Source of the DNA: Nitrososphaerota archaeon
Lineage (GTDB): Archaea; Thermoproteota; Nitrososphaeria_A; Caldarchaeales; Calditenuaceae
Length of the DNA: 64,000 nucleotides
Assembly: GCA_041641295.1 (NCBI GenBank)
Contig: JBEPYO010000001.1
Span: 960,001-1,024,000 of the forward strand
Reading direction: 5' to 3'
Shown here: positions 55,156-63,726 of the stretch, one piece after another
Layout of the letters: each line of letters begins with the position of its first letter
How positions within the stretch are numbered: the first letter of the stretch is position 1
The notes under the pieces: model-generated
Databases searched by the model: none
What the model was told of the DNA's origin: nothing
The model's input: only the letters and a program-made list of their open reading frames with translations
Made by a program: the position numbers and the translations under genes

Positions 55156-56106
55156 ATGGAGAGCCCGGTTCTCCTCACCGGAGGAGCTGGCTTCCTAGGA
55201 AGCCACATCCTAGACAGGCTTCTCAGCCAGCAAGTAGAGACAGTGGTGCTGGACAACTTCTCATCCGGCCAGCGTGAAAACATTGCACACCATAGAGGCA
55301 GTAAACTGCTCAAGATCGTGGAAGGTGACATCAGGGATAGGGAGGCGGTTGACAGGGCATTGCGGGGCTGCAGAACCATAATACATCTGGCCGCAAACCC
55401 CGAGGTCAGGATGGGGGACCCTGAAGAGCACTTGGAGCATAACATAAGAGGGACGCTAAATATTTTGGAGGCTGCTAGGCGGCTTGACATATCACTCATA
55501 GCATTCGCATCCTCCTCCACGGTCTACGGTGAGGCAAAAACACTGCCAACGCCCGAGGACTACACGCCAATGAAGCCAATCTCGACATACGGAGCCTCAA
55601 AACTTGCCTGCGAGGCATTACTCTCAGCCTACGCCCACACATACGGCCTCCCAGCAGTAGCCCTTAGATACGCTAACATTGTCGGGCCTAGGGCGAGACG
55701 TGGAGTAGTCTATGACTTCACTAGAAAGCTCATCGCGAATCCCCGCAGGCTTGAGATATTGGGGGACGGCACGCAGAAGAAGTCCTACATCTGGGTGGGA
55801 GACGCGGTAGAGGCGACGCTAAAAACGGTTGAGAGGCGGACAGGAGACTTCGAGGCCTACAATGTAGGGAGCATCGACGCCATAACTGTTAGAGAGGTCG
55901 CTGACGCTGTCTGTGAGGCCTTAAACCTCAAGGGTGTAGAGTATGTCTTCGCAGGCGGGCCCGGTGGCAGAGGCTGGCCCGGAGACGTCAAGTTTATGCA
56001 CCTAGACATAAGTAGGCTGATGGCCCTGGGCTGGAGGCCAAGATACAATAGCAGAGAAGCTGTAGCTATGGCTGCGCGGGAAATAAAAAACGAACTCACG
56101 AAGTAG
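55156..56106 (+). CDS. NAD-dependent epimerase/dehydratase (UDP-glucose 4-epimerase-like)
   Basis: TGGAGFLGSH, HLAANPEV, SSSTVYG, YGASK, GDGTQKKSY, GRGWPGDV. Confidence 0.93.
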   Translation: MESPVLLTGGAGFLGSHILDRLLSQQVETVVLDNFSSGQRENIAHHRGSKLLKIVEGDIRDREAVDRALRGCRTIIHLAANPEVRMGDPEEHLEHNIRGTLNILEAARRLDISLIAFASSSTVYGEAKTLPTPEDYTPMKPISTYGASKLACEALLSAYAHTYGLPAVALRYANIVGPRARRGVVYDFTRKLIANPRRLEILGDGTQKKSYIWVGDAVEATLKTVERRTGDFEAYNVGSIDAITVREVADAVCEALNLKGVEYVFAGGPGGRGWPGDVKFMHLDISRLMALGWRPRYNSREAVAMAAREIKNELTK

Positions 56107-56111
56107 GTATT

Positions 56112-56375
56112 CTATCTACTTTCTTCTGGCTTGGTGCCACCTGCCTCTTGGGATAGCTCCTTTTCAATCTCTTCCAGCGGTTTTGGCGGAGGCGTCGTGG
56201 CGAGAGTATATCCTATCCAAGCGAGGACGCCGAGTATTGCAGCTACGCCGGCGAAGGCAGTAAGCTGTAGGACGAGAATCGCCCACTGGCTGAAGAAGAC
56301 CAGCCAGCCGTAGATGATGATACCGGCGATACAGCCGACAAGTAATACCACACCCAGTTGCTGATCCCTAGGCAA
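56112..56375 (-). CDS. conserved archaeal 2-TM small membrane protein
   Basis: RDQQLG...YGWLVFF...WIGYTLATTPPPKPLEEIEKE; TAACGCTTATAT promoter upstream. Confidence 0.75.
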   Translation of the reverse strand: MPRDQQLGVVLLVGCIAGIIIYGWLVFFSQWAILVLQLTAFAGVAAILGVLAWIGYTLATTPPPKPLEEIEKELSQEAGGTKPEESR

Positions 56376-56575
56376 GCCGAGAAGGTAACGAGTAACGCCA
56401 CGATATAAGCGTTAGCTACGGGCAGCCATCAACTATGAATATAGTCGACATCCACGCAGCACTTTCCGAATTCCTAAAATCAACACACAGCGCGTCAAGT
56501 ATTACGGTAAGTCCTCGGTGGAAAAACTCTTAAAAAAGCATGTATACACTCGTTTTCTCAGGTGGACTTTCTCTA

Positions 56576-57550
56576 ATGAAGAGCGTCGAAGGGGCCGTAG
56601 CTACGCAGGCATCGCCCAGTGTGAAGGACCTAGTGCTCCTACTTTTTAAAGAGGGGCCAGAACAGGAAATTACCCCGGTCCTAGTGCCGGGCCTCGGCGT
56701 GTATTACACCTTGGCTGGATTCCAGATTCAGGCTGATAGCTTATTGACACGCTATAGGGAAGCATTCCTCGAGGTAAAGAGGTATGTTTCCTTTCCCTCA
56801 TGCTCAGTCTGTGGCTCGACCTCCCTAAGGCTTGAAGTCCTATGCCCGAGCTGTAGGCAGAGCGACCTCCTCCGAATCGACCTTGTCGTTCATTACGACT
56901 GCGGATTCATGGGCGGCGTAGAGGACTTTATTCGGGATAGTCAGGGACTATTGGAAAAATGTCCAAAATGCGGTAAGCCCCTGAAAAGGGTTGGAATAGA
57001 CTACGGGCGGCCGGGCCTAGGCTACAAGTGCCGATTGTGCGGAGCAATATTCCAATACCCGCTAACCCTCCTGAGATGTGATAAGGATCACCCGACGACA
57101 CTCGACAAGATTGGCGTTGAGAGATACCCCGTCTTCACGGTGAGCAAGGATCTCCAAAAGGCTCGCCCAATACTTGACCTTCTCGAGAAAATCCAAGCAG
57201 AGTTAGAGCGTAGACTAAACGTAGAGGTGGAGGTCTTAAGAGTCATTAAAGGTAGGAGCAGAATGCCACATATAATTCACGCGTTAATTCGCTCTGGAGA
57301 TAAAGTTGTGGCTATTGAAATCCTAGATGAGAGGTCAGATATCTCAGATGCTATGAGCGTTGTTTCGAAGGCAGTGGACCTAGGCATACACTTTATAGTC
57401 ATTTTGGACGAGGAGAAGGCGTTAGAGCTTAGAAAAGTGCTTAATCCCGACTACTTCACTCTGATCCCAATGAGGGAAAGACGATTAGAGGATATCAGCG
57501 ACCTGCTTTTGGAGTCGGTGTATTCTTTTGTCTTCGGGAAGAGTATCTAG
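56576..57550 (+). CDS. TackOD1-domain multi-Zn-ribbon protein with a C-terminal restriction-endonuclease-like fold
   Basis: CSVC, CPSC, HYDCG, CPKCGKPLKRVGIDYGRPG, CRLC, CDKDH; C-terminal GRSRMPH...VAIEI; ATG 56576 after BRE/TATA at 56521-56538. Confidence 0.75.
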   Translation: MKSVEGAVATQASPSVKDLVLLLFKEGPEQEITPVLVPGLGVYYTLAGFQIQADSLLTRYREAFLEVKRYVSFPSCSVCGSTSLRLEVLCPSCRQSDLLRIDLVVHYDCGFMGGVEDFIRDSQGLLEKCPKCGKPLKRVGIDYGRPGLGYKCRLCGAIFQYPLTLLRCDKDHPTTLDKIGVERYPVFTVSKDLQKARPILDLLEKIQAELERRLNVEVEVLRVIKGRSRMPHIIHALIRSGDKVVAIEILDERSDISDAMSVVSKAVDLGIHFIVILDEEKALELRKVLNPDYFTLIPMRERRLEDISDLLLESVYSFVFGKSI

Positions 57551-59060
57551 CAGAAGAAGGATAGTCTTCACGATTATCTTCCTGTCACTGGTCTTATTCT
57601 CTCTAATTGCCTTCACCAGACAATCACTACTGTTTCTCGCATACTTCATTACTGTTTTCTATATCGCTTGGGGAGTTTATCACATACTATTAACTATAAA
57701 GGGCGTCGGGCCAGTCTTCAGACCACGCACACCCCCAAGCAGGTTCCCTAAGGTCTCCGTAATTGTCCCAGCCATGAACGAGCCCATTCTGCCAAGGACC
57801 ATAGAGGTGCTTGTAAACCATCAGGCATACCCCGCGGGCCTCAAGGAGGTTATCGTCGTTACCGATGACCCACTTGGCGAGAGGTTATCGCTGTTCATGC
57901 AGCAAAAATACCCAGAGAATGTCAGAGCCCTAGCCCGGAGAGCCTTCTACCCCACCAAGCCGAGCGCCCTGAACGACGGCCTCAGACTCTGCTCTGGGGA
58001 GATCGTGGGTATTGTTGACGTTGAGGATATACCTGACTCAGATGTTTTCCAGAAGGCAGTTTCAGCCCTTGTGGACTACGGCTACGATGCCGTACAGGCT
58101 ATACTGAGGATAAACAACGAGGAAGACTCGTGGATAACACGGGTCTTTGCATACGAGTATGCGGGCTGGTTCCGTATCTGGCTCAACGGTAGGTCTCGCC
58201 TCGGCCTATACACGCCGCTGGGCGGGACAGGCAACTACTTCTGGAAAACAGCAGCAGTACAAGTAGGTGGCTGGGACTCACTCAACGTGGCGGAGGACGC
58301 GGAGCTAGCTGTACGCATGACCCTCGCCAAGATGAAGATAGGCGTCATAGACGCTAGGCATTGGGAGGAGGCTCCTGTGACCTTCAAAAAGTGGCTAAGG
58401 CAGAGGACAAGGTGGTTTAGGGGCTGGCTTCAGAGCCTCTGGAAGTACGCGCCACTGCTTTGGCGGCCTAGCTTTGTGAAGAGGATAGGCTTCATTAAAC
58501 TTCTCTCCATACTGCTAATGCTTCTCACCCCGATAGTTGTTTTATTGAACTGGGTCAGCTTCGCATTGACCGGGCTATGGATACTGGAGTTATACGGCAT
58601 AACACCCCCACTCCTCAGCAACGTCTTCCCAGTATGGGCGATCCTCCCAGCCTTCTTCAACGTGATCTACATTTCAGCCTGGCTCATAGGCGGACGCCTC
58701 GAGCGGGTTAAGACACCATGGTGGTCCGTGATCCTTCCAATGCTATTTTACACATACGTGATGATGCCTATAGCCAGCCTTAGGGCGATATACCAAGAGA
58801 TAACAAAGCCGGTTATCTGGGAAAAGACAGAGCACCCAGGCCGAGGTGTGGTCGGCTTTGTAGCGGAGACTGAAGCCAAGCAGCAGATTCCGGCAGCCTA
58901 CCAACCATACGAATCTCAAGAACTACAACTAAACGAATACTATACAACGCCTCAGAAAACCATATCCGAGGGAGCCGCAATAGCGTTTTGGAGCTTTATA
59001 CTCGCCCTCGACCTCCTATTCATCTGGCTCCTACTATCCAACCCAAGCATCCTAAGCTGA
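57528..59060 (+). CDS. processive membrane GT2 glycosyltransferase (cellulose/PNAG synthase superfamily)
   Basis: TKPSALNDGL, IVDVED (DxD), PLGGTGN, AED, RQRTRW (QxxRW), WEKTEH; N- and C-terminal TMs. Confidence 0.92.
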   Translation: MSSGRVSSRRRIVFTIIFLSLVLFSLIAFTRQSLLFLAYFITVFYIAWGVYHILLTIKGVGPVFRPRTPPSRFPKVSVIVPAMNEPILPRTIEVLVNHQAYPAGLKEVIVVTDDPLGERLSLFMQQKYPENVRALARRAFYPTKPSALNDGLRLCSGEIVGIVDVEDIPDSDVFQKAVSALVDYGYDAVQAILRINNEEDSWITRVFAYEYAGWFRIWLNGRSRLGLYTPLGGTGNYFWKTAAVQVGGWDSLNVAEDAELAVRMTLAKMKIGVIDARHWEEAPVTFKKWLRQRTRWFRGWLQSLWKYAPLLWRPSFVKRIGFIKLLSILLMLLTPIVVLLNWVSFALTGLWILELYGITPPLLSNVFPVWAILPAFFNVIYISAWLIGGRLERVKTPWWSVILPMLFYTYVMMPIASLRAIYQEITKPVIWEKTEHPGRGVVGFVAETEAKQQIPAAYQPYESQELQLNEYYTTPQKTISEGAAIAFWSFILALDLLFIWLLLSNPSILS

Positions 59061-59175
59061 AAGTGTTATTCCTCTTTAAAATTCGCATATCCACTACAGG
59101 CACGGTGTTAAAAATGGTAGATACACTGAATAACCGAGGGCTAAGCTTATTTTCCTCCGCTAGCTTCCTCTCTGC

Positions 59176-59727
59176 GTGAGGGCTAGGGTTACGGGGCTGG
59201 CTGCCGCTTGGGCTGCATACTTCTTTATAGCTGCCGCGATAGGTGTGTCGCCTTGGTTCAGCATATATGACAATGCCCTTAGCGATCTTGGCAATTATGG
59301 GAGGCAGGGGTTTAAGGCTGCGATCTTTAACACGGGCCTAATGGTCTCAGGGATATTAGCAGCCGTAACTGCGGTCCTGATACTCCGCGGAAAGCGTCAC
59401 CGCCTCATCATCCCATGGTCTGTCCTACTGTTTGTGGCTGGAGTGGATCTTGTGTTGGTTGGTGTTTTGTCTGAGGACTTTGGCGCGGCGCATGGTGTTG
59501 TCTCGGTGATCCTCTTCACGCTCTTTGGTCTGACCTTGCTGGTGTATGGTGTCTGTTCTCTCCTCATGAAGGATTGGGGGCCTGGTGTCTACGCTATTGC
59601 AGCATTTCTGGCGAGCCTTGCCACTTGGATGATAGATTGGCCTTGGACGGGTGTTGCTATTCAGGAGACTATAGCCTCTCTCCTCGTGTCGGTCGGACTA
59701 ACCATAATGGCCATAAGGCACGGCTGA
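59176..59727 (+). CDS. DUF998 family membrane protein
   Basis: SPWFS..DNALSDLG, IFNTGL, LVGVLSE...HG, GVAIQE. Confidence 0.75.
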   Translation: MRARVTGLAAAWAAYFFIAAAIGVSPWFSIYDNALSDLGNYGRQGFKAAIFNTGLMVSGILAAVTAVLILRGKRHRLIIPWSVLLFVAGVDLVLVGVLSEDFGAAHGVVSVILFTLFGLTLLVYGVCSLLMKDWGPGVYAIAAFLASLATWMIDWPWTGVAIQETIASLLVSVGLTIMAIRHG

Positions 59728-59835
59728 TACCGGTTCATCGCCACAGATTCACCCAACCCAGGGTAGTTTACGGAAAACGGTTAGGGTCTTTCATACCTGA
59801 TATATGATTGTTTAAAAGACGGTGATGCTGTCGGA

Positions 59836-60375
59836 TTGGTGGGATGGTGGTTGTCTGCTAGGGAGACGCATCGCGGAGAAACATGGGCTTACAGGTACAG
59901 GAAGGGGGCGGTGGCTAACGGGCTCGTATCCGTTTTCTGGACACTGCTTTACGTGCTGCCGTTCGAGCCTTTCCCGATGCTGCTGAAGATAGTTGTGGCT
60001 GGTGGTCCGGGGGTGTGGTTCATGCTTGGCTACCTGCTACACATGATAGTAGGCTTCGGAGGATTTCTAGGGCTGTCATACTTATACTCTGTAGCCGAGG
60101 ACTCGGGTGGTAGAAGGATCAACAATGCCCTAGCCCTTACAGGCTATGTCGCTCTATTCATCGGGTTTACCGGCACTACTTTTGGGCTGGCCGTGGCAGG
60201 GGCTGTTGGGGGCTATACGGCAGTTATACTGCATGCACCGGCTGAAAGTGTTCGCATGGTGATGGAGCCTTTCGTAAACCCTCTCAGGGTCCTATGCATA
60301 GTCGCTGTGGTAGGAGCTATCGCTGGTCTGGCGGCTCCCTACGCCTCTAAGCCCTCACCACCCACGTCTACCTAA
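59836..60375 (+). CDS. conserved hypothetical 4-TM membrane protein
   Basis: IVVAGGPGVWFMLGYLLHMIVG motif, recalled from thaumarchaeal hypothetical proteins. Confidence 0.6.
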   Translation: MVGWWLSARETHRGETWAYRYRKGAVANGLVSVFWTLLYVLPFEPFPMLLKIVVAGGPGVWFMLGYLLHMIVGFGGFLGLSYLYSVAEDSGGRRINNALALTGYVALFIGFTGTTFGLAVAGAVGGYTAVILHAPAESVRMVMEPFVNPLRVLCIVAVVGAIAGLAAPYASKPSPPTST

Positions 60376-61264
60376 TCTTGACCGCCACCACTATGATGAC
60401 GGATATGGCGAGAGCTAGTAGCAATGAGATAAGAAGGAGTGCAGTCTCGTCCGACGCCTCCCACGAGACGGGAGAGTAGGCCCACACAGCCTCACCCCGC
60501 TGAGAGAAGCTGATAGATATGAAGCTGGGGACAGGTGCTCCACCCCCCACCACGAACAGTGATTCACGGTAGAAAACTTGTCCATCGTCCACATACCAGC
60601 CGCCTACCACCCTCCGCCCATCCACAAATATTCCGTGAAGGACCATGTTCCCCATCGAGGCGAAGACCCCCTCATTAGAAGTGTATGACTCGAGTGCGAT
60701 TACTTCCTGCCCTCCCGACCTAAAGGAGGCGCTCCCGTCGGCCACTATTGCGAAAACCCCCTTCTCTCCCGTCGAGTAATCGTATACTTCTCCAAACCAT
60801 GTTGTATACGGGCCTTGCACTGCTGAGTAGATGGATAGTGAGAGTCTGCTTCCTGGGGCAGGGTGTGGAGCGGCCCTATAGGCGACTAGTTGGTATTCCT
60901 TTCGCGACTCATAGACGCCTGTCACATACATTACATAGGTTGACCAGTGGTTCTGTCCCGGCTCAATCCCCGCCGCAACCTGTAAAACTGTGCCTGACAT
61001 CGTCATTGCGCTCACAATAACGTAGACGGTGTTATCAGTGTAGTTGATTTTCGGAATTGTGACAACTATGGTGAGGTTTCTGGATGAAGACCAGTCTAGG
61101 ACCCCTCCGTCATCGAGTGGGCATCCCTCAGGCAAAGTTAAACCCAGCGCCCAAGGGCGTCTACTAACGACTCTTTCCCACTCGTCTGAGCCAGAAGCAT
61201 TGGGTAGCAGTGCCAATAGAACCAGTAGGAAAAACAGAGGCGTGGCTGACCTCTGACGGTCCAC
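60368..61264 (-). CDS. secreted, C-terminally anchored beta-sandwich protein (possible G1 glutamic-peptidase-like fold)
   Basis: Signal peptide (..ALLPNASG), beta-rich core with LQVAAG and ALESY, C-terminal TM plus basic tail. Confidence 0.6.
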   Translation of the reverse strand: MDRQRSATPLFFLLVLLALLPNASGSDEWERVVSRRPWALGLTLPEGCPLDDGGVLDWSSSRNLTIVVTIPKINYTDNTVYVIVSAMTMSGTVLQVAAGIEPGQNHWSTYVMYVTGVYESRKEYQLVAYRAAPHPAPGSRLSLSIYSAVQGPYTTWFGEVYDYSTGEKGVFAIVADGSASFRSGGQEVIALESYTSNEGVFASMGNMVLHGIFVDGRRVVGGWYVDDGQVFYRESLFVVGGGAPVPSFISISFSQRGEAVWAYSPVSWEASDETALLLISLLLALAISVIIVVAVKIR

Positions 61265-61302
61265 TCTTACCCGATAACTTGAACAACCGCCAGATTATTA
61301 TC

Positions 61303-63348
61303 TTAAAGCTTAGCGGCTTTCAGACTCAGGGAGTTGGTTAGGACTGAGACTGAGCTGAGGGCCATTGCTACGGCGGCAAGGATTGGGTTGAGGAATCCGA
61401 GGGCGGCTACGGGTATGAGTGCTGTGTTGTATATGAAGGCCCAGAAGAGGTTCTGCTTTATCTTCCGCATGGTTAATCGGCTGAGGGTGACAGCCCTCGC
61501 TATGTCTACCGGGTCGTCCTTAATCAGCACTATACCACCCGACTCCACCGCGATGTCTGTTCCACTACCTATCGCTATTCCAAGGTCTGCCTGTGTCAGG
61601 GCTGGTGCATCGTTGATCCCATCACCGACCATAGCCACCCTTAGGCCCTGCTGCTGAAGAGCCTTCACAACATTCAGCTTATCCTGGGGCTTCACGTTAG
61701 CTAGTACTTCGGTTATTCCAACCCTCTCGGCCACAGCCCGCGCAACCCGCTCACTATCGCCCGTAACCATTATGACTCTCAGTCCCATCCGGCGGAGCCT
61801 AGATACCGCCTCTGCAGCGCCCTCCCTCGGCTCGTCGAAGACACCTATGAGGCCAGCAAGGACACCGTTGACAGCGACAAATACCACAGTGTGGCCCATA
61901 GACTCTAGCCTCTCCACCTGAGGCTCTACCTCCTTGAAGTCTACACCCTTCTTCTCAAGAAGTGTCTTATTGCCGACCAGTACGGTACTTCCCTCGACCT
62001 CTGCAACCAACCCGTGGCCGGGCAGCTCTTCGAGGCTCCTAGGCCTGACAGGCTCTAAGCCGATCTTTTTAGCGTGCCTAACTATCGCGTCGGCGAGTGG
62101 GTGCTGCGAGCCAAGCTCCGCAGAGGCTGCCAGTCTGACAACAGTCTCCTCGTCAAACCCGTTCAGAGGCACAACCTCGGCAACCGAGGGGACGCCCCTA
62201 GTTATTGTCCCGGTCTTGTCAAGTAAGACAGCGTCGATTCTCTGGGCTCTCTCTAAGACTTCACCGCCCTTAATCAGTATTCCCCGCTCAGCTCCCTTTC
62301 CTGTCCCCACGACGATTGCTGCCGGAGTTGCAAGCCCCAGTGCACAGGGGCACGCAATTATTAGGACTGCTATAAAGGAGGTTAGGCCTCGGAGTGAGTC
62401 GCCGTTAAGCAGGGCCCAAACAGCCAGTGATGCTAATGCTACCGCAACGACCAGTGGAACGAAGATTGATGCGACCCGGTTGGCAAGCCGCTCAACCGGC
62501 GCCTGAGCAGCCTGAGCCTCCTCCACGAGCTTTATAATCTGTGAGAGCGTTGTGTCGGCACCTACCTTCGTGGCCCTCACAACAATCAATCCACCGAGGT
62601 TAATTGTTCCACCTATGACCTCTTTGCCCGGCTCCTTAGCCACAGGTATGCTCTCCCCCGTAATCATCTTCTCATCAACACTTGTTAGACCCTCGACCAC
62701 CACACCGTCTACGGGAATCCTCTCGCCAGGCCTGACAACGACCAAGTCTCCAACGGCCACCTCCTCGACAGGGACCTCCATCTCTACACCATCCCTGACA
62801 ACCCGCGCAGTGGATGGCTGCAACTCCATCAACTTCCTAATCGCATCCGACGCCTTCCTCCTAACGAGATGCTCAAGATACCTTCCAAGAAGTATGAAGG
62901 CTATTATGAGGGCGGCGACCTCGTAGTACAGGGCCTCTGGGAAGGCTCCGGGGATGAAAGTGACTATTGCACTATATCCCCATGCGGCCGTTGTCCCAAT
63001 CGCTATTAGTGTATCCATGTTAGAGGTCCGAGCCCTGAGGGCGTGTATCATTCCCCTATAGAATCTGGAGCCCGCGATGAATTGGACGGGTGTGGCTAGG
63101 AGGAATAACAGAATGGGGGTGGGAATTGCGGGGATAGTTACAGGCATCCATGTCAAGATGAGTGTAGGGATGCCGAGGACGAAGCTCAGAACCGTCAGCC
63201 ATTTAATCCGCCTAAGCTCGATCTCCGGCGCCATGAAACTTGCGAGGCACGACTCGGAGCAGAAATAGTAGGTAGTCCCCCTCACAGTGGCCTTGAGAGC
63301 GTCCTCCGACTCGGCCACGAACATTCCGCAGACAGGGTCCTTAGCCAT
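61303..63348 (-). CDS. copA: Cu(I)-translocating P1B ATPase with N-terminal YHS/TRASH domain
   Basis: KDPVCGM...YYFCSESC, TGES, CPC, DKTGT, HP, GDGINDAP, YN and MALSS. Confidence 0.95.
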   Translation of the reverse strand: MAKDPVCGMFVAESEDALKATVRGTTYYFCSESCLASFMAPEIELRRIKWLTVLSFVLGIPTLILTWMPVTIPAIPTPILLFLLATPVQFIAGSRFYRGMIHALRARTSNMDTLIAIGTTAAWGYSAIVTFIPGAFPEALYYEVAALIIAFILLGRYLEHLVRRKASDAIRKLMELQPSTARVVRDGVEMEVPVEEVAVGDLVVVRPGERIPVDGVVVEGLTSVDEKMITGESIPVAKEPGKEVIGGTINLGGLIVVRATKVGADTTLSQIIKLVEEAQAAQAPVERLANRVASIFVPLVVAVALASLAVWALLNGDSLRGLTSFIAVLIIACPCALGLATPAAIVVGTGKGAERGILIKGGEVLERAQRIDAVLLDKTGTITRGVPSVAEVVPLNGFDEETVVRLAASAELGSQHPLADAIVRHAKKIGLEPVRPRSLEELPGHGLVAEVEGSTVLVGNKTLLEKKGVDFKEVEPQVERLESMGHTVVFVAVNGVLAGLIGVFDEPREGAAEAVSRLRRMGLRVIMVTGDSERVARAVAERVGITEVLANVKPQDKLNVVKALQQQGLRVAMVGDGINDAPALTQADLGIAIGSGTDIAVESGGIVLIKDDPVDIARAVTLSRLTMRKIKQNLFWAFIYNTALIPVAALGFLNPILAAVAMALSSVSVLTNSLSLKAAKL

Positions 63349-63414
63349 TTGCCTTCACCCTCCTATCCACGCCCGCGACGCGGCGGGCATAAGCCCACAT
63401 CCCGGCGGTGCTGC

Positions 63415-63567
63415 TCATTTTCCCACATATTTCGCCGGATTCTTGTCGAAACTATCCTTACACATCTTAGAGCAGAAGTAATAGGTCACGCCGCCATACT
63501 GCGAGGTATACTTGGCCGTCTTCTCATTCACATTCATGTGACAGACTGGATCGATGGCCACGCTCAT
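63415..63567 (-). CDS. YHS/TRASH-domain copper chaperone, 50 aa (absent from ORF track)
   Basis: MSVAIDPVCHMNVNEKTAKYTSQYGGVTYYFCSKMCKDSFDKNPAKYVGK*. Confidence 0.9.
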   Translation of the reverse strand: MSVAIDPVCHMNVNEKTAKYTSQYGGVTYYFCSKMCKDSFDKNPAKYVGK

Positions 63568-63586
63568 CAGTACGCTGGCCGCGTAT

Positions 63587-63724
63587 TTATGGGCTTTGCT
63601 TTAACCTGACCTCGGTCAAGCCGCAGGAAGAACACCTATAGTAGACCGAGTTTCTCTCCTCTTTCTCAGGCCTCATCTCGCCGCCACAGCAGGGACACCG
63701 AAAACCGTCATCACGCGAAGACAC
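63587..63724 (-). CDS. 45-aa CPxCG zinc-finger microprotein (absent from ORF track)
   Basis: GTG start 2 nt after the tusA stop; MSSRDDGFRCPCCGGEMRPEKEERNSVYYRCSSCGLTEVRLKQSP*. Confidence 0.65.
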   Translation of the reverse strand: MSSRDDGFRCPCCGGEMRPEKEERNSVYYRCSSCGLTEVRLKQSP

Positions 63725-63726
63725 TC

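Noticed and set aside
61934-62506. Long antisense ORFs (for example 61934-62506, 31593-32138, 46145-46615, 19260-19742)
   Set aside because: Ser/Thr/Pro-rich shadows of well-supported genes on the opposite strand, with no motifs
63660-63713. GTGATGA...CTGA on the minus strand as a C/D sRNA
   Set aside because: The second guide would be only 3 nt, and the region is better explained by the CPxCG zinc-finger ORF
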